A stretch of 64,000 bases of DNA. Source: Vicinamibacterales bacterium. GTDB taxonomy: Bacteria; Acidobacteriota; Vicinamibacteria; Vicinamibacterales; UBA8438. Shown in pieces: positions 45,637-54,938 of the stretch. The stretch spans positions 4,608,375-4,672,374 of the forward strand of contig OZ242003.1 in NCBI GenBank assembly GCA_965204675.1, given 5' to 3'. Position numbers and translations under genes: made by a program. Under the pieces are notes generated by a model. It did no database searches and was not told where the DNA came from. It saw only the letters and a program-made list of their open reading frames with translations. Every line of letters begins with the position of its first letter. The first letter of the stretch is position 1.

Positions 45637-46692
45637 TCACGCGGCGCCGTTCCCAGCGCCAATCAACGCCAGCATCTCCTGGTGGATGCCGGGCCACGGC
45701 CGCCCGAGATCGACACTGCGTGCACGGATCGCGAACCCTTCCAGGCGGAGGTCTATCGCCAACCGCTCCCTCACCATGGGATACAGCAGCACACCCTCGT
45801 GCCGGGGTCCGGGCTCCGTCGCTTCCCGGTTTCGAAGGTACGCCAGCAACTGATACAGGTTGTCCGCGGGGAGCTTCCTGGCGCCGTGCCGACCCGCCAG
45901 CGGATCCACGTAGCACTTCGTGTCCAGGATGATGCGCCGCTCCCGCGAATCGAGCAGCACGTCGCCCTCCATCCGCGGGATGGCCGAGCGGTGCGGCTCC
46001 GCCGTCCCCTCGTCGTCCCATCGAATCGCGCGCCCGCCCCGGTTCACCCGGTACTCGCCCTGCTCGTGCCGAAAGAACCCGATCACGAAGTCCTCGAACA
46101 GCTTCCACATGCGCGCCTGGTCCCCGCGGAAGTCCGTGAACCGTGCATCACCGGACCTCTCTTCGACGAGCAGGCACTCGTGAACGAGTCGGCACACCGA
46201 GAGCAGGAACCGATAGCGGCGGCGGTTCCGATCCAGTTGCACCTGTCCGAACAGCCGCCGACCGAGCCGCACGACGCTCACGCCCTCCAGCGCGCGATAC
46301 GCCAGCCTGATGCGGTCTCGCACGTCGCGATCCAGCTCCGAGATTCCCAGGAGCGCCGCGAGCGTCGAACGGAGGATGCGGTTGTGAAGCACGTCGTGCG
46401 ACAGCTCCTCGAAGTCGCAGGCCACGCGGCCGCGGGATCGCAACGCCCGCGCCGCCGTGTCGCTCAAGGCGACCTTGCCCCGGATGCCGGCCAGGTCTTC
46501 CCGCACTTCACGGTAGCCCCGATCCAGGCCCGTCCGAATCAGCCGGGCGGACCCTGTGGCGAGCAAGTGGCCGAGCAGATCGTGAACGCGGTTCAACCCC
46601 TCCAGCTCCTCTGCCCGGACCACCTCCAAGTCCTCGGCGTGCCCCCAGGCGTAGCAGAGCAGGTAGTAGACGTTGGCGATGGGGATGTTCAC
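45637..46692 (-). CDS. mcrC: McrC-like subunit of a 5-methylcytosine-dependent restriction system
   Basis: 351 aa. MNIPIANVYYLLCYAW N-terminus and a PD-(D/E)XK region ILDTKCY...LYQLLAYL typical of McrC. Start overlaps the stop of the mcrB remnant. Confidence 0.75.
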   Translation of the reverse strand: MNIPIANVYYLLCYAWGHAEDLEVVRAEELEGLNRVHDLLGHLLATGSARLIRTGLDRGYREVREDLAGIRGKVALSDTAARALRSRGRVACDFEELSHDVLHNRILRSTLAALLGISELDRDVRDRIRLAYRALEGVSVVRLGRRLFGQVQLDRNRRRYRFLLSVCRLVHECLLVEERSGDARFTDFRGDQARMWKLFEDFVIGFFRHEQGEYRVNRGGRAIRWDDEGTAEPHRSAIPRMEGDVLLDSRERRIILDTKCYVDPLAGRHGARKLPADNLYQLLAYLRNREATEPGPRHEGVLLYPMVRERLAIDLRLEGFAIRARSVDLGRPWPGIHQEMLALIGAGNGAA

Positions 46693-47141
46693 CGCCTCAA
46701 CAGCTCCGCCAGCTCTTCCGCACGTTCCGGTCGGTCGAACCAGTACTCGCGCAGCAGGGGCGCGATCTGCGTCTCGACGACGGACTCGTACCAGCCGTCA
46801 TCCACGCTCTCCGTCTGATCGTCCGGCACGAAGAAGCTGTGCCCGATCTGGAACCCGGGTCCGAGATCCTTGTCGTCCCGAATGCGCTCGTTCAGCTCCA
46901 TCAGCTTCGTCTCGATCCGGTCGACGAGCTTCCGGTCCACGTCCGCCTCGAGAAGATGATCCCGGAACTCGTCGGTGCCGTACGCGGGCATCAGCGCTTC
47001 GAAGGCAAACCGCCGCCGCAGCGCGTAGTCGACCATGGCCAGAGACCGGTCCGCCGTGTTCATCATGCCCAGAACATGCACGTTGTCGGGCACGAAAAAA
47101 CGCTCTTCGGTGCCGCTGCGGGGAGGTTGGCGGGTGGGTGA
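46689..47141 (-). pseudogene. mcrB: 5'-truncated mcrB (C-terminal part of the AAA+ GTPase only)
   Basis: Frame reads ..EERFFVPDNVHVLGMMNTADRSLAMVDYALRRRFAFE.. to its stop. An in-frame TAA lies at 47142..47144. No Walker A/B or DNA-binding domain is present upstream. Confidence 0.7.
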
Positions 47142-47633
47142 TTAGCCCCGGTGTGGGACCGGGAAGCGGTGGTTGCCTGCGACTGCCATGACGCGATGCT
47201 GACCCAGACCGGAAAGCGGGCCAAGTGTCGTCGATCATAACAGCCGGGGCGAAGCGCCGGGGGCACCGGGGTGCGGCCATGCGGTGCGGGCGCACGTCGG
47301 AACCGTTCCGTGAACGAGGGCCGCGCCATGTCGGCGCCGCGCGGAATCGCACTGGAGTCTGTTGTGGCTGTCAGCATGAGAGTCCTCCAGATCGACCGCT
47401 TCCGATCTCCACGCACTGGAAGCAAACCCGCGACCGCCGGCGTTTCTTGCTTGACAGCTTTTCGCAGCCAGTCCGCGTGATGTCCGGGACGCGCCCAGGA
47501 ATGCCCGCTGACCCGCCTCAGCACCCGCAGGCTGCACGATGCCGGGCGCGGGACCGAAATCCGTCGCCCCACGGCCCGTTCGGGCCGCTGACGGGAGTAC
47601 AAGCCGCTCAAAATCAGTGAGTTACGATGGAGT

Positions 47634-49487
47634 ATGCACTCTGTAGCGACACCCGACATCACCGTGTCCCGGCGGCATCCCGCGGACGCCATCGTGCCCG
47701 AGAGCGACGCGCCCGCACCGCGACCCTGGTGTCCCGACGGTCCCCAGGCCGAGGTCGTCGCGCTCGGCGACCGCATCGCCGAGCTCTCCTCCCGCATTCA
47801 GGCCGCCACCTGGGAGCTGCTGAGCCTGATCCGACAGTTCGACGAGCGCTACGGCTGGGCCGGCTGCACGTCGTGCGCCGAGTGGCTGGGCTGGCGCACC
47901 GGGCTCGCCCCGGGCGCGGCCCGCGAGCACGTACGGGTGGCGCGGGCGCTTGCCGACCTGCCCAAGCTGAGCGACGCGATGCGGCGCGGCAAGGTCTCCT
48001 ACTCGAAGATGCGCGCGGTCACGCGGGTGGCGACGCCCGAGACCGAGGACGACCTGCTGAACGTGGCGCTGTCGGGCACCGCCGCCCACGTCGAGAAGAT
48101 CGTGCGGGGGTGGCGGCGGGTGGACCGCCTGGCGGAGCAGGCCGAGGACCGGCGGTGGCACGAGACGCGGTCGCTGCGGACGTGGGTGGACGAGGACGGG
48201 ATGGTGGTGGTTCGGGGCCGTCTGTCGCCTGAGGTGGGCGCGGTGGTGCGGCGGGCGCTCGAGGCGGCGTGCGACCAGGCCCGCGGCGCCGGCGCGACGG
48301 CGGCGGACGCGGACGGAGAGGCCGCCCCCGACGCACAGGCGGAGGCGCCGTCGCTGGCGCAGCGGCAGGCGGATGCGCTGGGGGTGATTGCGGAGTGCGC
48401 GCTGTCGGGCGGGCTCGACCAGGGGACGGCGGGAGACCGCTATCAGGTGGTGGTGCACGTGGACGCGGACGCCCTGATCGAAGCGTCCGATGGTCCCGAA
48501 GCGCCCGATGTTCCCGCGGGAACGTCGGCGACGGCCGCGTCGAGATCGGCGCCGCGCGACGGCGGACACGCTTCCGAGGGCTCACCGGCGGTAGCGTCCG
48601 CATCGGAGCTCAGCGACTGCCGCAGGCACGCTTCCGAGGGAGCCCCCGCGGCAGCGTCCGGATCGCAAGGACACAGCGACCCTTCCGGCGTTCCCGCGGG
48701 AACGTCGGAGACGACATCACTCGTGCCCGTGCGGCACGGCGCCGGCCAGGAAGCGCGCGCGATGGCGGTTCGACGAGAGTCGGGGCCGTTCATGGGTCAG
48801 GCGGACATGCGGGACTGCGGCGGACCGTCGCGCCCGTGCCCGACCCCTTGTCCGGGACCACGTCTGGCCGCGTCCACACCGGCCGGCCGCCGCCAGACGG
48901 TGCTGGAAGAGGCGGGGGGCATCCACATCTCGGCGGAGACGGCGCGGCGGCTGGCCTGCGACGCGGCCACGGTCGGGATGCAGCACGGCCCCGGCGGCGA
49001 GATCCTCGATGTCGGCCGCCGGACGCGGACCATCTCGCCGGCCCTGCGCCGGGCCCTGCACGCCCGCGACCGCCAGTGCCGGTTTCCCGGGTGCCGGAAC
49101 GTCCGGGTCGATGCTCACCACATCCGGCACTGGGCCCACGGCGGCGCGACGGTGCTCGACAATCTGGTCCTGCTGTGCCGGCGGCACCACCGGGCGGTTC
49201 ACGAGGAGGGGTTCCGCGTCACGCTGGATGCGGCCGGAGACGTGGAGTTCGTCCGGCCGGACGGCCGTCCGCTGCCAGAAGCGCCGGCGCCGCCGGACTG
49301 GACCGGTCGGGCATTGGCGCCGGTGAGGGCGCGGCTCGACCGGGAGGGCGTCTCCATCGACCCCGACACCCTCACGCCCGACTGGCGCGGCGAGCGTCTG
49401 GACCTGGATTGGGTGATCCACCAGTTGTGGCGTCCGCGCCTGCAGGCGCAGGCGACCTCTGAGCAGCAGCCGCCCGACCAGTCTTGA
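47634..49487 (+). CDS. DUF222 + HNH endonuclease protein (13E12-repeat-like family)
   Basis: N-terminal DUF222-like region (AEWLGWRTGL...AREHVRVARAL). C-terminal HNH CRFPGCRNVRVDAHHIRHWAHGGATVLDNLVLLCRRHHRAVHE. The central region 48480..48900 is low complexity with internal repeats. Confidence 0.85.
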   Translation: MHSVATPDITVSRRHPADAIVPESDAPAPRPWCPDGPQAEVVALGDRIAELSSRIQAATWELLSLIRQFDERYGWAGCTSCAEWLGWRTGLAPGAAREHVRVARALADLPKLSDAMRRGKVSYSKMRAVTRVATPETEDDLLNVALSGTAAHVEKIVRGWRRVDRLAEQAEDRRWHETRSLRTWVDEDGMVVVRGRLSPEVGAVVRRALEAACDQARGAGATAADADGEAAPDAQAEAPSLAQRQADALGVIAECALSGGLDQGTAGDRYQVVVHVDADALIEASDGPEAPDVPAGTSATAASRSAPRDGGHASEGSPAVASASELSDCRRHASEGAPAAASGSQGHSDPSGVPAGTSETTSLVPVRHGAGQEARAMAVRRESGPFMGQADMRDCGGPSRPCPTPCPGPRLAASTPAGRRQTVLEEAGGIHISAETARRLACDAATVGMQHGPGGEILDVGRRTRTISPALRRALHARDRQCRFPGCRNVRVDAHHIRHWAHGGATVLDNLVLLCRRHHRAVHEEGFRVTLDAAGDVEFVRPDGRPLPEAPAPPDWTGRALAPVRARLDREGVSIDPDTLTPDWRGERLDLDWVIHQLWRPRLQAQATSEQQPPDQS

Positions 49488-49709
49488 CCGCGAGCGTCGA
49501 GGTGCCATCGCATAGAACGCCGTACGTCATCGGACTGCTTCACGCGACTTCGTTTCGGCCACCGTTCGCGTTTCCGCATCAGCGGCCTGTGCATCTCCTC
49601 GGAAGTCGTCGAGATCGGCTGCAATCCAGCCGACGCCCCAGTCCGGTCAGCGCGCCGATTCCGCCGATTCCGGCGGTAAGATGCGGTAGGTCCGGATGGG
49701 AGGACACAC

Positions 49710-50786
49710 ATGAACGACATCCGATTCGCGTTCGCGAGCGCTCTGGCGACCGTCTTCACCGTCGTTTCGCCGGCGCCGCAGTCCGGGGCAGCACAGGAGC
49801 GCGCGGCCGGCACGGACACGCCGTTGACGGCCGCGGCCCGCCCGTGGACGGCGCCGCGCACGCCGGACGGTCAGCCGGACCTGCAGGGCGTCTGGCTGAA
49901 CACGAGCGCGACGCCCTTCGAGCGGCCGCCGGCCCTTGCCGGGAGGGAGTTTCTCACCGACGAGGAGGTGGCCGAGCTGTCGCGGCGGGCGGATCGCATC
50001 TTCAGGGAGAACGACGCGGACCTCGCCATCGGGGACACGTTGTTCCTGACCGCCCTGGCGAACGTCGACGCCTTTCGGAGACGCGGGGCGAACCGCAGCT
50101 CCAACTTCATGGTGGAGCGGGAGTTCGACAACCGCACGTCGCAGATCGTGGATCCGCCCGACGGCAGGCTGCCGGCGCTGACGCCGGCAGCGGCCGAGCG
50201 GTGGGCGGCGCTGACGGCCCGGGACGTGGATCCCGCGGGGCCGGAGGACCTCAACACGCGCGCCCGTTGCCTGACGCCGGGGATGCCGCGCATCGGCCCC
50301 GGCCCGCGCGGCGACCCCCTGTACGGCTACTACCAGATCTTTCAGTCTCCGGGGTATTTCGTCCTGCTGATGGAGACGAACCACGACTCGCGGATCGTGC
50401 GCCTGGACGGATCGCCGCATCCTTCCCCACGCATCCGCCAGTGGCACGGCGACTCGGTGGGGCACTGGGACGGAGAGACGCTGGTCGTCGAAACGGCGAA
50501 CTTCTCGTCCAAGAGCAACTTCCTCGGAGCCGCCGGGAACCTGCGCCTCGTGGAACGCTTCACCCCCGTTGCGTCGGACGCGATCCGCTACGAGGTCACC
50601 TTCGACGACCCGACGACCTGGGCGAGGCCGTGGACGGCCGTCGTCACCCTCAAGCGGCAAGAGGCCAACATCTACGAGTTCGCGTGCCACGAGGGCAACG
50701 AGGACATCATGCTGAGCATCCTCGCCGCCGCACGCGAGTTCGGGCCGAGAAACGCGGCGACCTGGGAGAGCCCGGGCGCGCGTTGA
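49710..50786 (+). CDS. Secreted protein of an uncharacterised family (paralog 4 of 4)
   Basis: GGGAGGA 6 nt upstream of the ATG. Motifs RTSQIVDPPDGRLP, GHWDGETLVVETANF and YEFACHEGN. This is the most divergent copy. Confidence 0.8.
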   Translation: MNDIRFAFASALATVFTVVSPAPQSGAAQERAAGTDTPLTAAARPWTAPRTPDGQPDLQGVWLNTSATPFERPPALAGREFLTDEEVAELSRRADRIFRENDADLAIGDTLFLTALANVDAFRRRGANRSSNFMVEREFDNRTSQIVDPPDGRLPALTPAAAERWAALTARDVDPAGPEDLNTRARCLTPGMPRIGPGPRGDPLYGYYQIFQSPGYFVLLMETNHDSRIVRLDGSPHPSPRIRQWHGDSVGHWDGETLVVETANFSSKSNFLGAAGNLRLVERFTPVASDAIRYEVTFDDPTTWARPWTAVVTLKRQEANIYEFACHEGNEDIMLSILAAAREFGPRNAATWESPGAR

Positions 50787-50874
50787 ACTCCCGCCCGCGC
50801 CCGGGCGCCCGGCGGTCGTACCCGGTGGTTACTACCGTGACTCCGGGCTTGCGCCTACCCGGGAACGCTCGGCT

Positions 50875-51825
50875 CTATGGCTGTCGGGCACCGATCTGGC
50901 CGAGCCGGTTGATCATGTCGATGTTCGAGCGGCTCGTGCTGTCGAGGATCGTGCGTTCGCCGCCATCGTCGACGGCGGTCCGGATGGCGGCGAGGACCTG
51001 GGGTGCGGTGACGGGACCGTTGTTGTTGAGGTGGGTGGCCACCCCGGACTGGACGAGGGCTCTGCCGGCGTCGCGGGTGGCGTACGTCTCGGGTTCGAGG
51101 GGGCCTGCGCCGATGGTCTTGCGGATGGAGAGCGTGTCGTTCCGGAGGTCGATCTCGAGGCGGGTGTAGCGGTGGGCCTGGAATGCGGCGGCGGCCTCGG
51201 GACCGAGGCCCGTGCCGGTGGCGCGGCGGGAGCTGTGGATCGAGTCGTGGAAGTTGTCGGCGAGCATGCCGGCGGCGTCGCGCCAGGCGCTCTCGATGGC
51301 CGCGGCCCGTTGCCTGGAGACCATGCCGGCGGCGGCGGCGAGCGCGGCGGGCTCCTCGTCGGCTGCGGTCACGACGTCGAAGACGTCGCGGACTAGCATC
51401 TGGTCGACGCGTTCGAGCTTGCCGCACAGGATCTGGTGGCTGGAAAGGACCGTCTCGAGCTGGCCGTCGACGGTGGCGGTGGTGTGCCCGTAGGGGGGGT
51501 CGGGCCGAAAGGTCGAGATGTCCAGAAAGCCGTGGTCGAAGGCGATCTTCACGGGGCCGCCGGCGACGGCCTCGGGAGTGCCGCCGAGCTGGTCGACGAT
51601 ATTGCGGTCGTTGTCCTGCAGCAGGTCGATGAGGGTGTTCCGGCCGGGAAGGAGCACGTCGATGTCGGTGCTGATCCGGTGCTTCCAGCGGGCTGCGAGG
51701 ATCGTGCCGCCGCCGAGGTGCGGAGGAATGCTCCGGCCGAACATCTCGGGCGGTATCGCGTGAACGATGCTGCGTTTCGCGGCCCACAGGCTGGCTGCGG
51801 GTTCGGGAAGCGTCAGGTTCTCCAT
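50875..51825 (-). CDS. AbiEii/DUF1814-type nucleotidyltransferase (toxin-like), copy 1
   Basis: ATG at 51825 (MENLTLPEP). Motifs GGGTILAARWKHRISTDIDVLL and ILCGKLERVDQMLVRDVFDVV. Confidence 0.75.
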   Translation of the reverse strand: MENLTLPEPAASLWAAKRSIVHAIPPEMFGRSIPPHLGGGTILAARWKHRISTDIDVLLPGRNTLIDLLQDNDRNIVDQLGGTPEAVAGGPVKIAFDHGFLDISTFRPDPPYGHTTATVDGQLETVLSSHQILCGKLERVDQMLVRDVFDVVTAADEEPAALAAAAGMVSRQRAAAIESAWRDAAGMLADNFHDSIHSSRRATGTGLGPEAAAAFQAHRYTRLEIDLRNDTLSIRKTIGAGPLEPETYATRDAGRALVQSGVATHLNNNGPVTAPQVLAAIRTAVDDGGERTILDSTSRSNIDMINRLGQIGARQP

Positions 51826-52478
51826 GGGTCGTCCGGCCGGGGCGGAGGCGTTGCGAAGGCGTTGATCTGGCGGATCCGCAGCGGCGGGACGGTGCCCTGA
51901 CGCCGGGCGGCCCGGGCGAGCTGCCGCCAGGTGAACGCGCCTTCCGTGTGGGCGTTGACGAGCTCCTCGAAGGAGGCTTCGTTGATGAGCACGGTGGCGA
52001 TGGACCGTTGGCGGTTCGTGGGGTCGTCGGCGCACAGGGCGTCGTAGAGCTCGACGCTGGTCGGGCGGACGGGCCAGCCGGCGCAGGCGCCGCCGAGCAG
52101 TCCTCGGATGGTCCGGGAGTGCGGACCGGTGGCGTCGGGGTCGGCGTCGGCACGAATCGCGGCGAGGTCGTCGGCCGTGGAGTACTCGTCGGAGAAGGCG
52201 TCGATCGGGGCGAGGGTGGGCGGTGTGGCGGCAGCGTGGCGCCGGCGCTCGGTCTCCGCCTTGCTCCAGGCCCAGGTCTCCGTCTTCCGGGAATCGGCGG
52301 TTTCAGGGGGGAGGAGGGTCGCAGGCACCCGTGTGTTCTCCGCCCGTTGTTCGAGGCTCCCCCCAGGCGTGTCGTCGACCGGGGTGGGCAGGTGGGCCGA
52401 AAGAGCCTCGCGCCCGCGGCGGCGGCGCAGATTCGCGGACGGTCGTCTGACGGTGCCGGTGGCCATCGGGTCGATCAT
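51813..52478 (-). CDS. Unknown partner protein of AbiEii-like copy 1 (putative antitoxin/regulator)
   Basis: Stop overlaps the NTase start by 13 nt. Shares APIDAFSD...CAGWPVRPTSVELYDALCADDPTNRQR with 56590..57033. Start ambiguous (ATG at 52478 or 52466). Confidence 0.6.
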   Translation of the reverse strand: MIDPMATGTVRRPSANLRRRRGREALSAHLPTPVDDTPGGSLEQRAENTRVPATLLPPETADSRKTETWAWSKAETERRRHAAATPPTLAPIDAFSDEYSTADDLAAIRADADPDATGPHSRTIRGLLGGACAGWPVRPTSVELYDALCADDPTNRQRSIATVLINEASFEELVNAHTEGAFTWRQLARAARRQGTVPPLRIRQINAFATPPPRPDDPWRT

Positions 52479-52627
52479 CGGATCGTACGAGCAGTCCTGG
52501 CAAGTCAGCGGCCTCAGCCTCGCGTCCGCGGGGGCGGCGCGGGTTCGCGGACGGTCGTCTGACGGTGCCGGTGGCCATCGGGTCGATCATCGGATCATAC
52601 GAGCGGTCCTGGCAAGTCAGCGGCCTC
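52406..52627. repeat. 112-bp tandem duplication covering the start and upstream region of the partner gene
   Basis: 52432..52515 versus 52544..52627 differ at 2 of 84 positions. Each copy carries (minus strand) TA(T/C)GAT-CCG-ATGATCGACCCGATGGCCACC. Confidence 0.9.
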
Positions 52628-52680
52628 GGCGAAGGTGCGCACACCCTCGGCGCGGCGCTTCTCGGCGACGGGGTCCGTGG

Positions 52681-54654
52681 TCACTCCGGCAGTGCGAAGG
52701 CCATGAGCTCCCCGCGGTAGGTCCCGCCGCCCACGGCCAGAACGAGATACTGCCGCCCGTCCAGCATGTAGGTCATCGGCGACCCCGTCTGCGCGGCCGG
52801 CAGATACACGGCCCCCCGCTCCTCCCCCGTCGCCTTGTCGTAGGCGCGCAGCATGGCCCCGCGCGCGCCCGACGGCGTGGTGACCGTCCCGCCCTCGCCG
52901 CTGATGACGAGGGTCTTCGTCGTCAGCGTGCCGATGCCGCCAGAGCTGCCGCCGGCACCGCCGGTGCGGCCGGTGCGCGGAATGTCGAGCCCGCGCAGGG
53001 CGGGGTGGTTGCGCACGAAGTCGGGGGTCTCGCCGTGCGCGACCTGCCACACGATCTCCCCTTCGTTGAGGTCGATGGCGGTGATGCGGCCCCACGGCGG
53101 CTTCATCATCGGCAACCCCCGCACCGTGGGCGGGCGCAGGCGGCCGCTGACGTAGTCCATGTCCGACCGCTCGGGATCGTTGACGAGGCCGATGGCCCGG
53201 TTGAGGGTGTGGGAGTAGAGGTAGAGCATGCCGGTGTCGGGGTCGAACGAGCCGCCCGGCCAGTTGGCGCCGTTGGGGACGAACAGGGTCGCGAGCAGGC
53301 CGTCCTGCCCGCGCACGATGGGCGGGGTGAACACGGGCCCGGTCCGGTAGCGCGACGCGATCTCGAGGGCCTCGGCGTGCAGCTCGGGGGTGAAGTCGAT
53401 CAGCTCGTCGAGGGTGAACCCCTGTCGCTCGAACGGGGGCGGCTTCGTCGGGAACGGCTGGGTGGGCGAGTACCACTCGCCGGGGACGTTCCCCGCCGGC
53501 ACCGGCCGCTCCTCGATGGGCCAGACCGGCTCGCCGGTGACGCGGTCGAACACATAAACCCAACCCTGCTTGACGGGCTGGGCCACCGCCTTGATCTCGC
53601 GCCCGCCGACGGTGATGTCGACGAGGATCGGCGGGCACGGCACGTCGTAGTCCCAGATGGGATGGTGCACGAACTGGAAGTGCCAGAGCCGCTCGCCGGT
53701 CTCGAGGTCGACCGCGACGAGGCTCTCCGAGAACAGGTTGTCGCCGGGCCGGTGGCCGCCGTAGTAGTCGCCGGTGGGGATCTCGATCGGGAGGTAGGCG
53801 ATGCCCAGCTCCTCGTCGACGGTCAGGTTGGTCCACACGCCGGTGTTCCCGGTGTAGACGGCGGAGTCGTTCAGCCACGTGTCGCGCCCGAACTGGCCGG
53901 GCCGGGGAATGGTGTGGAAGATCCACCGGCGCTCGCCGGTGCGGGCGTCGTAGCCGCGGATGTAGCCCTTGACGTTCTCGCGGCTCGGCGGCGACCCGCC
54001 GGAGCGGTGCGAGGCGCCCACGATGACCACGTCGCGGGCGACGACGGGGGCGCTGTTCCACCCGATCTCGCCGGTCAGGGGGTCGATGGGCTGGTCGTTG
54101 TCGCGCTTGAGGTCGACGATGCCGTCGACGCCGAACCCGGGCACGGGCCGCCCCGTCCGCGCGTCGAGCCCCACGAGCTGGTACCCGATGGTCACCAGGT
54201 AGATGCGCTCGTCGCCCTCGCCGTCGGTCCAGTACGCGACGCCGCGGCCCGACATGCGGCGGATGGCGTTCATCCCCCGCTGGCCCTCGTCGAGCCGGTA
54301 CACCCACAGCAGCTCGCCGGTGGCCGCGTCCAGCGCCACCACGTTGCGGCGGCTGCCGGCGGTGGCGTAGAGCACGCCGTCGACCATCAGCGGCGTCGCC
54401 TGGTAGTTGAAGTCGGGGAACGGCCCGAGGTTGGTGGTGCGGAAGCGCCACTCGACCTCGAGATCGTCGAAATTGTCGCCATCGATCTGATCGAGCGGCG
54501 CGTAGCGGGTGCTGCCCAGGTCGCCCCCGTACGTCCGCCACTCCCCGCCCGCCGCCCCGAGCTGCGCCAAGCCCGAAGCCGCGCCGAGCAGGAGCATCGC
54601 CGCCGCCGCCACTGCGCGCACACCCGCGTCCCGCACGTCCACTTGTCCTGACAT
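52681..54654 (-). CDS. Secreted PQQ-dependent dehydrogenase (paralog of 536..2512)
   Basis: ATG at 54654 (MSGQVDVRDAGVRAVAAAAMLLLGAASGLA). Motifs GDNLFSESLVAVDLETGERLWHFQFVHHPIWDYD and WVYVFDRVTGEPVWPIEERPVP. Confidence 0.8.
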   Translation of the reverse strand: MSGQVDVRDAGVRAVAAAAMLLLGAASGLAQLGAAGGEWRTYGGDLGSTRYAPLDQIDGDNFDDLEVEWRFRTTNLGPFPDFNYQATPLMVDGVLYATAGSRRNVVALDAATGELLWVYRLDEGQRGMNAIRRMSGRGVAYWTDGEGDERIYLVTIGYQLVGLDARTGRPVPGFGVDGIVDLKRDNDQPIDPLTGEIGWNSAPVVARDVVIVGASHRSGGSPPSRENVKGYIRGYDARTGERRWIFHTIPRPGQFGRDTWLNDSAVYTGNTGVWTNLTVDEELGIAYLPIEIPTGDYYGGHRPGDNLFSESLVAVDLETGERLWHFQFVHHPIWDYDVPCPPILVDITVGGREIKAVAQPVKQGWVYVFDRVTGEPVWPIEERPVPAGNVPGEWYSPTQPFPTKPPPFERQGFTLDELIDFTPELHAEALEIASRYRTGPVFTPPIVRGQDGLLATLFVPNGANWPGGSFDPDTGMLYLYSHTLNRAIGLVNDPERSDMDYVSGRLRPPTVRGLPMMKPPWGRITAIDLNEGEIVWQVAHGETPDFVRNHPALRGLDIPRTGRTGGAGGSSGGIGTLTTKTLVISGEGGTVTTPSGARGAMLRAYDKATGEERGAVYLPAAQTGSPMTYMLDGRQYLVLAVGGGTYRGELMAFALPE

Positions 54655-54938
54655 CGTCCGTCTCCCGCGCGGCCGCCTCGTCCGCGGTGTCGCCCGGCGG
54701 TCGCGATTCACAGTGACGACTGGCGCCGCCGGCGGCGGGCTCGCTGCCGGCCGGCGTCCCCGTAGACTACCGCAGACACGCCGGAACGGCGCGTCGATTC
54801 CGGAGTCTGATTGACACGTGTTAGTCTTAGTCGGGACGGTACAAGACCGCCCTCGCCCGGCCGGCAGTCCGTCAACTTCGCCCCCCCCCGCTCGGTTCTG
54901 GGCGGCGCGGAGCCGTCCCGTGAGGGGAGGACGCCCCA

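Noticed and set aside
47063-47797. 244-aa minus-strand ORF, and the sub-ORF with GGAGGA-ATG at about 47380, as the missing McrB N-terminus or a new gene
   Set aside because: It is in a different frame from the McrB remnant and has no Walker motifs. Its composition is Arg/Ala/Pro-rich and it overlaps the HNH gene start. There is no supporting motif.
54811-54821. Perfect TTGACA plus the 8-bp palindrome ACACGTGT in the AT-richer patch upstream of 54939
   Set aside because: No acceptable -10 hexamer lies at 16-18 nt spacing on either strand. It may still be a regulator site but cannot be supported.
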